DNA of 64,000 nucleotides. It comes from Tepidiformaceae bacterium. GTDB lineage: Bacteria; Chloroflexota; Dehalococcoidia; Tepidiformales; Tepidiformaceae. Where the stretch lies: positions 1,358,291 through 1,422,290 of the forward strand of contig OZ241899.1 in assembly GCA_965203545.1 (NCBI GenBank). The letters run 5' to 3'. Below are positions 7,861-17,430 of the stretch, in pieces; position 1 is the first letter of the stretch, and every line of letters begins with the position of its first letter. The notes below the pieces were generated by a model. That model was given only the letters and a program-made list of their open reading frames with translations. It was not told the DNA's origin and ran no database searches. Position numbers and translations under genes: made by a program.

Positions 7861-9041
7861 TGGACCGCTTCATCCCCGAACGGCTCGAGGACATGACGCC
7901 GCAGTGGCTCACCGGCATCCTTCGGGAACAGGGCCACCTGGCTGAGGGGGGCGCGGTGGTGGCGGTGGAGCAGGAGCTCCTCGGGGAGGGAGAGGGCTTC
8001 ATGGGGACTATCGCCCGGCTACGGCTGTCCTACGAAGGCGGCGAGGGACCGGCAAGCATCGTGGCGAAGATGCCGCGGCTGGAGAACCGGGCGTTCGGGG
8101 AACTGGTGGGTGTGTACGAGCGAGAGAGCTGCTTTTACGAGGAGTTCGGCGACAGCGTGCCGGTCTCGCTCCCCCGGCTGTACTTCAGCGACTTCGACCG
8201 CACGGCGGCCTCAGACCGGCAGAAGGGGACGCTCTCGCTGGCCAACCGCATCCCGGGACGGCTCATGCCGCGCGTGATACGGGTCGCGCTCTGGTCGGCG
8301 GGGCGGAGGAAGCGACGCTACCTCCTGCTGATGGAGGACCTGGGCGACGCGGTACCGGGCGATCAGCTCGCCGGCGTGGATGCGGCTACCTGTGGGGTCG
8401 TCCTCACGTCGATCGCGAAACTGCACGCCGCCTACTGGCGCAGCCCCGCGCTTGAGGACCGCTACTGGCTCGTACCCTTCGCCGGCGACTCCCGCGTCCG
8501 TCACAGCATGTTCCTGGAGATGCGCTCCGTGTTCCGGGAGCGACACCCGGAACTCTTCGACGATGAGTTCGAGCGGGTGGTGGCGTGGGTGAGCGAGCAC
8601 GGCGTGGAGACGATCGAGCGGATCCAGGGGGAGGCGCCGGAGACCCTGGTCCACGGCGACCTGCGACTCGACAACCTCGCGTTTCGCGACGGCAACCCGG
8701 TGTTCTTCGATTGGCAGGCCATCCGCAGGGGGCCGGCGGCATTCGACATCGCCTGGTTCCTCTCGGGGGCGAGCGACACCCTGACTTCCGGGGACGAGAC
8801 CGAGTTGCTGCGGACCTACCACGCCGCGCTCGAGGAGAACGGCGTGAGCGGCTACGCGTTCGAAGCATTCGAGCGCCACTACCGCATGGGGCTGCTCACC
8901 ACCGTGCAGACGCTCGGCCTGCTGGGAATCCTCGACCTCGGGGAGGGCGAGGCCCGAGGGGCGGAGATGGCCGGCGTGTGGGTCAGACGCCTGCGTGAGC
9001 GCCTGGCCACGTTCGACTTCGACCGAGTACTCGACCCCTAG
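7860..9041 (+). CDS. APH-fold phosphotransferase, EcKL/CHK family, paralog 2
   Basis: Starts MDRFIPERLEDMTPQWL inside the 773-aa track ORF, whose first 380 codons are an out-of-frame shadow of paralog 1. Motifs are LGEGEGFMGTI and LVHGDLRLDNLAF. The junction with the upstream gene is TAATG. Confidence 0.75.
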   Translation: MDRFIPERLEDMTPQWLTGILREQGHLAEGGAVVAVEQELLGEGEGFMGTIARLRLSYEGGEGPASIVAKMPRLENRAFGELVGVYERESCFYEEFGDSVPVSLPRLYFSDFDRTAASDRQKGTLSLANRIPGRLMPRVIRVALWSAGRRKRRYLLLMEDLGDAVPGDQLAGVDAATCGVVLTSIAKLHAAYWRSPALEDRYWLVPFAGDSRVRHSMFLEMRSVFRERHPELFDDEFERVVAWVSEHGVETIERIQGEAPETLVHGDLRLDNLAFRDGNPVFFDWQAIRRGPAAFDIAWFLSGASDTLTSGDETELLRTYHAALEENGVSGYAFEAFERHYRMGLLTTVQTLGLLGILDLGEGEARGAEMAGVWVRRLRERLATFDFDRVLDP

Positions 9042-9051
9042 CGAGTCCTGA

Positions 9052-9513
9052 CTATAGCGGCCAGCGCTGGCTCGCCTCGTAGGCGTGGTGGATGGGGTGG
9101 TGGATCCAGATCTGGGCGACGAGCTCGGCCTTGGGCATGCGGTAGTCGCCGAGGGTGACCACCGTGGCGAGGTCGTCCTCGTCGAGCGTCTCGGCGAAGG
9201 CGGCTGAGGTCTCCGAGCCTTCGAGAATCATGGTCCCGAGCTCCTCGCGGGAGACCTCGGCCATGCGCTCGATCGTTCGGGCATTCCCGGCGGCGGCATC
9301 GTCGTTGCTGAACGATTCGAATGCGCCCGTGCTCAGGCCCCCGTAGAAGCCCTCGAGCGCGCCCGCGCCGGCGGCGATGTGGCGGAAGGCGTCGGCGGTC
9401 GTCCACTCCTGGGCGAGCTGCCGGTCGAAGTCGGGGACGTGCTCAAGGGCGGCGGCGGCGCGGCGTCCGGCGAAACGGATGCCCTCGACGAGTTCCTGCT
9501 TGCTGATGGTCAT
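9052..9513 (-). CDS. DinB/MDMPI-like four-helix-bundle protein (putative)
   Basis: 153-aa ORF with good GC3. The size and His pattern (WIHHPIHHAYE near the C-terminus) are reminiscent of the DinB superfamily. This is a weak assignment. Confidence 0.45.
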   Translation of the reverse strand: MTISKQELVEGIRFAGRRAAAALEHVPDFDRQLAQEWTTADAFRHIAAGAGALEGFYGGLSTGAFESFSNDDAAAGNARTIERMAEVSREELGTMILEGSETSAAFAETLDEDDLATVVTLGDYRMPKAELVAQIWIHHPIHHAYEASQRWPL

Positions 9514-9542
9514 GGTGATTCCTCCTGCGTGGTGCTGTTCTG

Positions 9543-10343
9543 CTATTCGCCCCGGTGGACGACGGCGATGGAGCCGGGCACATGCCCGCCGTTGATGGCG
9601 ATGGTCTGGCCGGTTATCCAGGAGCCGGCCTCGGAGGCAAGGTAGACGACGCCGGCGCCGATGTCGCTGGGCCGGCCCATGCGGCCGGTCGGGAGCCGGT
9701 TGCCGTAAGCCTCCTGCTCCTCCTCGGTCATGGGGAACATGGCCGCGAACTGCTCGGTGAAGATGGGACCCGGGGCGATGCCGTTGACGCGGATGCGTCG
9801 CTCAGCGAGCTCGCGGGAGAGGGTCATGGTCATGTTCACGACGCCGGCCTTGGCCGCGCCGTACACGCCAGTGTGAGGGGCGGCGTTGAGGGCGGCCCCG
9901 GAGACGATGTTGACGATGCTCGACCCGTCGGGCATGTGGGGAAGGGCGGCGCGGATACCGAGGAATGCGGAGGTGAGGTTGAACTCGATCATCTCGTCCC
10001 AGTACTCGTCGGGGGTCTCGGCAAGGTCGCGGACGGCGCTGTCCTGGCTGCCGCCGGCGTTGTTCACCCAGACGGTGATCTTGCCGAACGCCTCGACGGT
10101 AGCGGCGACAAGGCGCTCGATGGCGGCCCGGTCGAGCACGTCGGTGGGGACGGCGAGGCCGCGGCCACCACGCGCCTCAACGCCCTCGACGACGCGCGCG
10201 AGGTCGTTCTCGCGGCGAGCGGCTACGACCACATCGGCGCCGGCATCGGCCATGGCCCAGGCGATGCCCTCGCCGATGCCCCGTCCTCCGCCGGTGATCA
10301 CGCCAACGTGGCCGTCCAGCCGGAAGTCATCCAACACGCTCAT
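9543..10343 (-). CDS. Classical SDR oxidoreductase
   Basis: Internal start MSVLDDFRLDGHVGVITGGGRGIGEGIA (TGxxxGIG). Also has NNAG and YGAAKAG (YxxxK). Confidence 0.9.
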   Translation of the reverse strand: MSVLDDFRLDGHVGVITGGGRGIGEGIAWAMADAGADVVVAARRENDLARVVEGVEARGGRGLAVPTDVLDRAAIERLVAATVEAFGKITVWVNNAGGSQDSAVRDLAETPDEYWDEMIEFNLTSAFLGIRAALPHMPDGSSIVNIVSGAALNAAPHTGVYGAAKAGVVNMTMTLSRELAERRIRVNGIAPGPIFTEQFAAMFPMTEEEQEAYGNRLPTGRMGRPSDIGAGVVYLASEAGSWITGQTIAINGGHVPGSIAVVHRGE

Positions 10344-10398
10344 ATCGCACCTCCGCGCGCAGGGTACGGGGCGGGAGCGGGAAGCGCGATTCGACGGG

Positions 10399-10932
10399 CT
10401 AGCCGCCTCGCCCAGCAAGTCGTGCGCGCTGAGCCTCTTCGCGCTCGGCGAGGCCTTCGGCGCTCATCCCGAAGATGTCGGGGGGCGACCAGCTGTTCAG
10501 TCCGGCATAGGTATCGATCTGGCTGCGGTGATGGACCTCGTGCTCGACCAGCATCATGAGGACGCGCCAGCCAGCGAGACTGCCGTCGCCCTCGATCAGG
10601 GGCACGCGCCGCTGAAGCCACTCGTCGGGCGTGTCCTGGAGGCGCTCCTGGAGGGCGGCGGCGCTGTCCCCGAGGACGGGCGCCCACAGCTCCGGGGAGG
10701 AGGTGTCGGGCGCGGGGGGCATGATCCAGCCCTCGTCGTGGTAGACGCCCACGAAGAAGCCGCGCGAGCGGGCGATGTGGGCGACGAGATCGGGGATGTC
10801 CCAGGCGGCCTCGCCCTCGCCGGGGGGCGGCTTCCAGGAGGCGGCTTCGGGGGGCAGGGCGGCGAGGTCGCGCAGGGCGCGGCGGTGGACGCCATCGAAG
10901 TAGCGGAGGAAGTTCACGATAGAGTCGATCAT
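10399..10932 (-). CDS. DinB-family protein
   Basis: 177 aa. MMLVEHEVHHRSQI is the typical DinB C-terminal His motif, and there is an N-terminal His (LVAHIARS). Confidence 0.7.
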   Translation of the reverse strand: MIDSIVNFLRYFDGVHRRALRDLAALPPEAASWKPPPGEGEAAWDIPDLVAHIARSRGFFVGVYHDEGWIMPPAPDTSSPELWAPVLGDSAAALQERLQDTPDEWLQRRVPLIEGDGSLAGWRVLMMLVEHEVHHRSQIDTYAGLNSWSPPDIFGMSAEGLAEREEAQRARLAGRGG

Positions 10933-11762
10933 GGGATGCCCGCCATTGCGTCGTAGATGGTGGTGTGGCGCATGCGTGCGAGGTCACGGCCGTCGGGGCC
11001 GCGCACGAGGCAGTCGAACTCGACGAAAGGACGACCCTTGCGTTCGTAGACCGCCACGCATCGTCCGCCCGTGACGACCTCGCCCCCGGCGTACGCAGGC
11101 GCGAGGAACTCGACCTCGGTGCGGGTGTGGATGGAGCCGATGATGACGAAGTTGTGGCGCATGAGCGCTTCCGGGCGGCCGACCAGCCAGGCGGGGTGGA
11201 GACGTGGGTTGTCTCCGGCGAAAAGGGGGTCGGCGGAGCGGTGGCTGAGCTCCATGTAGGCGCGCAGGACCTCGGGCGAGGCGTCGACAGCCATGGGCGT
11301 CCAGTCGACGCCCGCGAGGGCGGGGTCGACGTGCAGCTCGGGCTGCGGGTCGGGCGCGGGGGCAGGGTCCATGCGGGTGGGGGGCTCGAAGTCCACGACA
11401 GCGGGGTTCGCGCCAGGGCCCACTTCGCCAACGACGCAATCGATGCCGGCGGGATTGGCCATGCGGAGAGCGAAGGCGCCGTCGTCCGCGGGGGTGAGGG
11501 TGATGCGTATCTCTTCGCCCGGGTAAACGGGCTGGCGGAAGCGGAAGCGCGCCCAGCCGTGATTGAGCCAGTCCTCCCCAAGGGTTTCGAGGATAGCGGG
11601 CACACTCCAGCCCCAGAGGTTGTCGCCTGCCACGAGCGCACCGGCGAATCCGAGCTCGCGGGCCAACTCAGGGCTGTGGACGGGGTCCACCATGGCGGCG
11701 GGATCATCCTCGTCGTCGAGGAAGGCGACGACGCGCCACTCGCGCGTTTCCGCTGCGGTCAT
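10929..11762 (-). CDS. Double hot-dog-fold (MaoC-like hydratase/dehydratase-like) protein
   Basis: 277 aa in two halves separated by a Pro-rich linker. The halves resemble hot-dog repeats (VHSPELARELGFAGALVAGDNLWG). Forms an ATGA overlap with the downstream DinB gene. Confidence 0.5.
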   Translation of the reverse strand: MTAAETREWRVVAFLDDEDDPAAMVDPVHSPELARELGFAGALVAGDNLWGWSVPAILETLGEDWLNHGWARFRFRQPVYPGEEIRITLTPADDGAFALRMANPAGIDCVVGEVGPGANPAVVDFEPPTRMDPAPAPDPQPELHVDPALAGVDWTPMAVDASPEVLRAYMELSHRSADPLFAGDNPRLHPAWLVGRPEALMRHNFVIIGSIHTRTEVEFLAPAYAGGEVVTGGRCVAVYERKGRPFVEFDCLVRGPDGRDLARMRHTTIYDAMAGIP

Positions 11763-11868
11763 GGGCTACCTCTTCCACGAAGGGTAGCGGAAGAAACTGC
11801 TGAGGGGGCGATCCTTAGGAGGACTCCGGGTATTCTTCGCGGTCTTGCACCGTTTGCGCCTCCTGGCC

Positions 11869-14013
11869 ATGCAACGTGGGGCGCCTGAGCCGGACGACTC
11901 GTCCGCCACTCAGGCGCCTTTCGGGCATACCGCGACCTTGCCGGATACGCCTGAACCCCCGCTTCAGCGGTACTTGCCTGGCCTGGACGGGATGCGGGCG
12001 CTGGCGGTCATCGCCGTCGTGCTCTTCCACTCCGCGCTGGGGATCGCGCCGGGCGGCTTCCTCGGCGTCGAGGTCTTCTTCGTCATCAGCGGGTACATCA
12101 TCACGCGGGCGCTGCTGGTCGAACGCCAGGACAGCGGGCGCATCGCGCTGGGCGCCTTCTGGATGCGGCGGGCGCGACGGCTGCTGCCGGCCCTGTTCCT
12201 GTTCCTGTTTGCGGTCGCGGCCTACACCGTCATCTTCGAGCAGGGTGAGGCAGCCGGGCTCCGCCGCGACATCGCCGCGGCCCTCGCCTACGTCACGAAC
12301 TGGGACCTGATCGTGGCGGGAGAGACCTACTTCGATTCGTGGGAGCGCCCTTCGCTGCTGCGCCATCTCTGGTCGCTGGCGGTGGAGGAGCAGTTCTACG
12401 TCGTGTGGCCCCTCCTGATGGCGGGCGGACTGGCGCTGCTGCGGAACCGGCTCACGCTCGCCCTGATCCTCGGCGGGGCGGCCGCCTCGGCGATCGCGAT
12501 GGCGGCGCTGTACGAGCCGGGGAGCGCGGTCACGCGCATCTACTACGGAACCGACACGCGCGCCTCCGGGCTACTCATCGGCTCGGCGCTGGCGTTCGTC
12601 TGGAGTGCAAGGCAGAGCACCGGCAGGGGCAGCATCCGGGAGGCGGCGGGGATGTCGGCGCTGACTGTCGCGGGGCTGGCGGGGCTGGGGGCGCTCGTCG
12701 GGTTCACCCTGCTGGCAGACGGGGGCACGCCGTTCCTCTACCAGGGCGGGTTCGCGCTGGTGGGGGTGGCGACGGCGGCCGTGATCGTCGCGGCAACGCA
12801 CGAGCACTCGCCGCTGGCGCGGGGGCTGGGGACACCGCTGCTGCGCTGGGTGGGGGTGCGCTCGTACGGCATCTACCTCTGGCACTGGCCGGTCATGGTG
12901 CTGACTCGCCCCGGCATCGACGTGCCGTTCGACGGCGTGGCATTGTTCGCGATGCAGGTCGCGATCACGCTGGCGCTGGCGGACGGGTCGTACCGCTGGG
13001 TGGAGAAGCCGATCCGCGAGGGCGCGCTGGGACGGCTGTGGAAGCAGCTCTGGGAAGGCGCCGCGACGCCGCAGTGGCGGCGAGGAACTCTGGCGCTGGG
13101 GGGCACGGCAACGGCGGCCGGCGTGGCCATAGTCGCGATCTTCCTGACGCTTACGCCGGCGGAGGAAGAGCCCCCCTACTTCGCCCTGGTGCGCCTACGA
13201 CTAGTGAACACCGATATTGTGGCGACGGAAGCAGCCTCGGCGGGAACAAAGGCGGACCCGTACCGGGTGGTGTCGCTGCAGGGCCCGCGGACCGCTTCGC
13301 CAACATCGCTCCTCGACTCGGCCACGTCGCAGTCGGCGGCGGCGGGCTCGGTCGCTGCGGCGGCCGCCGGAGACCCGCTGGTCCTGGCCGTGGCGGCTCA
13401 CGACTCGCCTGCGCTGGCGGCGGAGCAGGCGGCTTCGCTGGCCGCGCTCACGGATGCGTTCCATTCGAACCTGCTGGAGCCGGAGCGAACAGCGCCCAGG
13501 ATGAAGGAGGTCGAGCCGACGGGGTGGGTGGTGGCAGGAGACTCGAGCAACGTGCGCGTCACTGCGATTGGCGACTCGGTGATGCTCGGCGCCGCGCACC
13601 AGCTCGCGGAGGACATCCCGGGCATCGACCTCGACGCTTCGGTTGGGCGGCAGGTTTCGCAGGCGATCAGGATGCTGCAAGAACGGAAGGCGAACGGCCA
13701 GCTCGGGGATATCGTGCTGCTCCACATTGGCAACAACGGCACGTTCACCGCCAAACAGTTCGACCGGATCATGGAGGCCGTGGGCCCGGAGCGGCGCGTC
13801 GTGTTCCTGACGCTGCGGGTGAACCGCTCGTGGGAGGAGGGGAACAATGAGGTCATCCGCGAAGGGGTCGAGCGTCACGAGGGCGCGCACCTGATCGATT
13901 GGCGCGCCGCGCTGGAGGAGCGTCCCGAGGTGCTGTGGAAAGATGGCACGCACCTGCGGCCCGAGTGGGCGAGTTTCTACGTGGAGCTGCTGGAACCACA
14001 CCTCGGCTCGTAG
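11869..14013 (+). CDS. Membrane acyltransferase-3 (OafA/YrhL-type) fused to a C-terminal SGNH hydrolase domain
   Basis: LPGLDGMRALAVIAVVLFH followed by many TM segments. The C-terminus has VTAIGDSVMLGA (GDS block) and GNNG. ATG at 11869 is chosen; the track start is a TTG at 11845. Confidence 0.8.
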   Translation: MQRGAPEPDDSSATQAPFGHTATLPDTPEPPLQRYLPGLDGMRALAVIAVVLFHSALGIAPGGFLGVEVFFVISGYIITRALLVERQDSGRIALGAFWMRRARRLLPALFLFLFAVAAYTVIFEQGEAAGLRRDIAAALAYVTNWDLIVAGETYFDSWERPSLLRHLWSLAVEEQFYVVWPLLMAGGLALLRNRLTLALILGGAAASAIAMAALYEPGSAVTRIYYGTDTRASGLLIGSALAFVWSARQSTGRGSIREAAGMSALTVAGLAGLGALVGFTLLADGGTPFLYQGGFALVGVATAAVIVAATHEHSPLARGLGTPLLRWVGVRSYGIYLWHWPVMVLTRPGIDVPFDGVALFAMQVAITLALADGSYRWVEKPIREGALGRLWKQLWEGAATPQWRRGTLALGGTATAAGVAIVAIFLTLTPAEEEPPYFALVRLRLVNTDIVATEAASAGTKADPYRVVSLQGPRTASPTSLLDSATSQSAAAGSVAAAAAGDPLVLAVAAHDSPALAAEQAASLAALTDAFHSNLLEPERTAPRMKEVEPTGWVVAGDSSNVRVTAIGDSVMLGAAHQLAEDIPGIDLDASVGRQVSQAIRMLQERKANGQLGDIVLLHIGNNGTFTAKQFDRIMEAVGPERRVVFLTLRVNRSWEEGNNEVIREGVERHEGAHLIDWRAALEERPEVLWKDGTHLRPEWASFYVELLEPHLGS

Positions 14014-14035
14014 GCTCGAGGCAAGGAGATACACA

Positions 14036-15037
14036 ATGGAGTACCGAAGGATGGGACGCACGGGCCTGCGCGTCTCGACAATCTGCCTGGGGACGATGAC
14101 GTTCGGGTTCCAGACCGAGGAGCAGGCTGCCCTGCGCATCATGAACGCCGCCTGGGACGCGGGCGTGAACTTCCTGGACACCGCCGATGCCTACCCTATG
14201 GGCAGCGAGGAGACGGGCGCCACCGAGGCGATCGTGGGGACGTGGCTCGCGACGATGCCTCGCGACAAGGTGGTGCTGGCGACGAAGGCGTGGGGAGCGA
14301 CAGGACCGGGGCCGAACGACCGCGGGCTTTCCCGACAACACATCCTGAGCGCGGTCGACGCGAGCCTGAAGCGGCTGGGCACGGACTACATCGACCTGTA
14401 CCAGACGCACTTCCCGGACGAGAGCACACCCATCGAGGAGACGCTGAAGGCGCTCGACGACCTCGTACGCTGGGGGAAGGTGCGCTACATCGGCTGCTCG
14501 AACTACCAGGCCTGGCAGCTGGCGCGGGCGATCGGGGCGAGCGAGCGGCTCGGCATCGCGCGGTACGACTGCGACCAGCCTCGCTACAACATCCTGTTCC
14601 GGGAGATCGAGAACGAGCTGCTGCCCCTCTGCCGGACTGAGGGGGTGGGGGTCATCGCCTACAACCCGCTGGCGGGCGGCATGCTGACGGGGAAGTACGC
14701 CGGCACCGAAGACCTGCGCGAGCAGACCCGCTTCACCCTCGGGAATGCAGGGCCGCGCTACCGCGCCCGCTACTGGGACGAGGTGCAGTTCCGCGAGGTC
14801 GAGCGGCTGCGGACGTACTTCGCCGAGCGCGACACCTCGCTGACCCACGCGGCGACAGCGTGGGTGATCGCGCAGGACGGGATCACCTCGGCGATCGTCG
14901 GGGCGAGCCGGCAGGAGCAGATCGAGGACTCGGTCGGGGGCGCGGAGCTGACGCTGAGCGAGGACGACCTCGCGTTCTGCGACGACGCATGGTTCAACCT
15001 GCCGCGCAAGCGGGATGCGACGGTGGCGTTGCGCTGA
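14036..15037 (+). CDS. Aldo/keto reductase
   Basis: MEYRRMGRTGLRVSTICLGTMTFG, FLDTADAYP and VLATK. AAGGAG lies 8 nt upstream of the ATG at 14036. Confidence 0.9.
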   Translation: MEYRRMGRTGLRVSTICLGTMTFGFQTEEQAALRIMNAAWDAGVNFLDTADAYPMGSEETGATEAIVGTWLATMPRDKVVLATKAWGATGPGPNDRGLSRQHILSAVDASLKRLGTDYIDLYQTHFPDESTPIEETLKALDDLVRWGKVRYIGCSNYQAWQLARAIGASERLGIARYDCDQPRYNILFREIENELLPLCRTEGVGVIAYNPLAGGMLTGKYAGTEDLREQTRFTLGNAGPRYRARYWDEVQFREVERLRTYFAERDTSLTHAATAWVIAQDGITSAIVGASRQEQIEDSVGGAELTLSEDDLAFCDDAWFNLPRKRDATVALR

Positions 15038-15040
15038 GAC

Positions 15041-16510
15041 TCAGGCGAGCTTCGCGCGGGCGGACCGAAGACGGGCGAGGGCCTCGTCGCGCCCGAGGAG
15101 CGCCACGGAGTCGAACAGCGGAATGCCGCGCGGGGCGCCCATGATCGCCACGTAGAGCACGGAGACGAACTTCCGCAGCTTCAGGTCGAGCGTGTCCTGG
15201 AGCGAACGCAGGGCCGCTTCGACGGGTTCTGGCGCCCAGGCGTCGGGGGCGACGCGCTCGACGGCGGTGATGGCGGCGTCGAGGGTGCGCGCGGCCAGCT
15301 CGGTATCGCCCTTGATGCGCTCGGTCAGGAGCTCGGCGGGATAGTCAGGAAGGTCGCCGAAGAGGAAGCGGGAGAGCCCGGCGACCTCGTCGAGGCGGGC
15401 GACGCGCTCCTGGAGGAGGGGGGCGGCGGCGGTCACGAGGTCGGCGTCGAGGGGGCGGGGGATGTTGGCGGGGAGGCCCCGGTCGAGCCAGCCGGCCACG
15501 AGGTCGCGCCAGGCGCCGGAGTCGAGGGCGCGGATGTAGTGGCCGTTGAGCGCGTCGAGCCGCTCGACGTCGAAGAAGGCGGGGTTCGAGACGACGCGGT
15601 CGAGGGAGAAGACGCGGGCGAACTCCCCGGGGCTGATGTGGGTAGTGTGGTCGTCGAGGGACCAGCCGAGAAAGGCGAGGAAGTTGAGGGTCGCCTCGGG
15701 GAGGTAGCCGCTGTCGCGGTAATCGAGGGCGGCCACCTCTCCGGATCGCTTGGAGAGCTTGCGGCCGTCGCGGTCGACGAGCACCGGGAGGTGGGCGAAC
15801 CGGGGCGGCTGCCAGTCCATCGCCTCGTAGAGCTGGAGGTGGCGGGGACCGCTCGCGAGCCACTCCTCGCCCCGGATGACGTGCGTGATCTCCATGTCGT
15901 GGTCGTCGACGAGCATGGCGAGGTGGTAGGTGGGGAAGCCGTCGCTCTTGAGGAGGACGAAGTCGTCCTGGAGGGAGTTCTGGAAGGTGACGTCGCCGCG
16001 GATCAGGTCGGGAAAGGTCGTCGTCCCGGTCCGGTCCATGCGGAAACGCAGCACGGAGGGCTCGGTGCGGGCCCGCTCCTCGGCTTCCTCGGGGTCGAGG
16101 GCACGGCAGCGACCGTCGTACCCGGGGGCGAGGCCGTCCCTTTGCTGGTCCTTGCGCAGCTGGGCGAGCCGCTCGGCGGTGCAGAAGCAGCGATACGCGC
16201 GCCCACGCGCGCGCAGCTCGTCGGCGACGGCGTGGTATTTCTCGAGGCGTTGGGACTGGACGTAGGGGCCGTGCGGGCCGCCGACGTCGGGGCCCTCGTC
16301 CCACTCGATGCCAAGCCAGCGGAGGCCCTCATAGATGTTCTCGACGGAGCCCTCGACGTAGCGGCTCTGGTCCGTGTCCTCGATGCGGAGGATGAACTGC
16401 CCGCCATTCGCCTGGACGAACGCCCACCCGAAGAGCGCCGTGCGCAGGCCGCCGATGTGCAGCTCGCCGGTGGGGCTGGGGGCGAAGCGGGTGCGGACGG
16501 GGCCGGTCAT
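15041..16510 (-). CDS. gltX: Glutamate--tRNA ligase
   Basis: RTRFAPSPTGELHIGGLRTALF (HIGH region), KLSKRSG (KMSKS), 489 aa. Confidence 0.95.
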   Translation of the reverse strand: MTGPVRTRFAPSPTGELHIGGLRTALFGWAFVQANGGQFILRIEDTDQSRYVEGSVENIYEGLRWLGIEWDEGPDVGGPHGPYVQSQRLEKYHAVADELRARGRAYRCFCTAERLAQLRKDQQRDGLAPGYDGRCRALDPEEAEERARTEPSVLRFRMDRTGTTTFPDLIRGDVTFQNSLQDDFVLLKSDGFPTYHLAMLVDDHDMEITHVIRGEEWLASGPRHLQLYEAMDWQPPRFAHLPVLVDRDGRKLSKRSGEVAALDYRDSGYLPEATLNFLAFLGWSLDDHTTHISPGEFARVFSLDRVVSNPAFFDVERLDALNGHYIRALDSGAWRDLVAGWLDRGLPANIPRPLDADLVTAAAPLLQERVARLDEVAGLSRFLFGDLPDYPAELLTERIKGDTELAARTLDAAITAVERVAPDAWAPEPVEAALRSLQDTLDLKLRKFVSVLYVAIMGAPRGIPLFDSVALLGRDEALARLRSARAKLA

Positions 16511-17430
16511 GCTGACTCCTCCGTGCGCGTGGGGGCGGCAGGTTCGGCGTAGGGCGCAGCCTGGGCGACGAAGCCGGCATCGTCGATGGCGGCGAGCATG
16601 TCGCGGGGGAGGGGCGCGGTCACGGTGAGCTCGCCGCCGGCGGGGTGAGGGACGGTGAGTCGCCAGGCGTGGAGGAGGTGGCGGGGGCCGGGGCCGCGCC
16701 CGTACAGCTCGTCGCCGGCGACAGGCGCGCCGATGGCGGCGAGGTGGACGCGGATCTGGTGGGTGCGTCCGGTAAGGGGCTTCGCGAGGACCAGCGAGCG
16801 TTCGCGAGCGGCGGCAAGGACCTCGTACTCGGTCTGGGCGCTGCGGCCGTCGGACGCGACGGCCATGCGGCGGCGGTCGGCGTGGCTGCGGGCGATGTCG
16901 GCGTCGATGACGGCGCGGTCGCGCTGGGGGATACCGTCGCAGAGGGCGAGGTACTGCTTGTGTGTCTCGCGGGCCTCGAAGGCGGCGCTGAGGGCTCCCT
17001 GGACGGCGGGAGTCTTCGCAAGCAGGAGGACGCCGCTGGTGTGCTTGTCGAGGCGGTGGACGATACCGGGGCGCTCGACGTCGAAGGCGGCAGCCTCGCG
17101 CGGGCAGTGCTCGACGAACCAGGCGGCGACGCTGGGGGCGCAGGGCTCGGCGGGGGCGTCGTGGACGAGCAGTCCGGCGGGCTTGTCGATGGCGAGGACG
17201 TGGTCGTCCTCGTAGAGGACGGGAAGGGAGAGGCCGCTGGGGGCGACGTCGCGGGTCGTCTCGGGGAGGGTGACCGCGACTTCGGCGCCCTCGTGGACGT
17301 ACGTCGACTTGCGGGCGGGAGCGCCGTCGACGAGGACGTGCTCGTTGGCGATGAGGCGCTGCACACGGGCACGGCTGAGGTCGGGGTAGGCGGCGGCGAG
17401 CACGGCGTCGAGGCGGCCCTCCTCGGTCAC
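16507..17430 (-). CDS. rluD: RluA-family 23S rRNA pseudouridine synthase (RluD-like)
   Basis: S4-like N-terminus, then DKPAGLLVH, HRLDKHTSGVLLLAK and RTHQIRVH. The GTG start at 17430 forms a GTGA overlap with the lspA stop. The rest of the 567-aa track ORF is shadow. Confidence 0.9.
   Translation of the reverse strand: MTEEGRLDAVLAAAYPDLSRARVQRLIANEHVLVDGAPARKSTYVHEGAEVAVTLPETTRDVAPSGLSLPVLYEDDHVLAIDKPAGLLVHDAPAEPCAPSVAAWFVEHCPREAAAFDVERPGIVHRLDKHTSGVLLLAKTPAVQGALSAAFEARETHKQYLALCDGIPQRDRAVIDADIARSHADRRRMAVASDGRSAQTEYEVLAAARERSLVLAKPLTGRTHQIRVHLAAIGAPVAGDELYGRGPGPRHLLHAWRLTVPHPAGGELTVTAPLPRDMLAAIDDAGFVAQAAPYAEPAAPTRTEESA

Noticed and set aside
6720-9041. 773-aa ORF suggesting one giant fused kinase
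   Set aside because: Only the part from the ATG at 7860 matches the kinase family. The first 380 codons are the +2 frame of paralog 1 and translate to Arg/Gly-rich nonsense.
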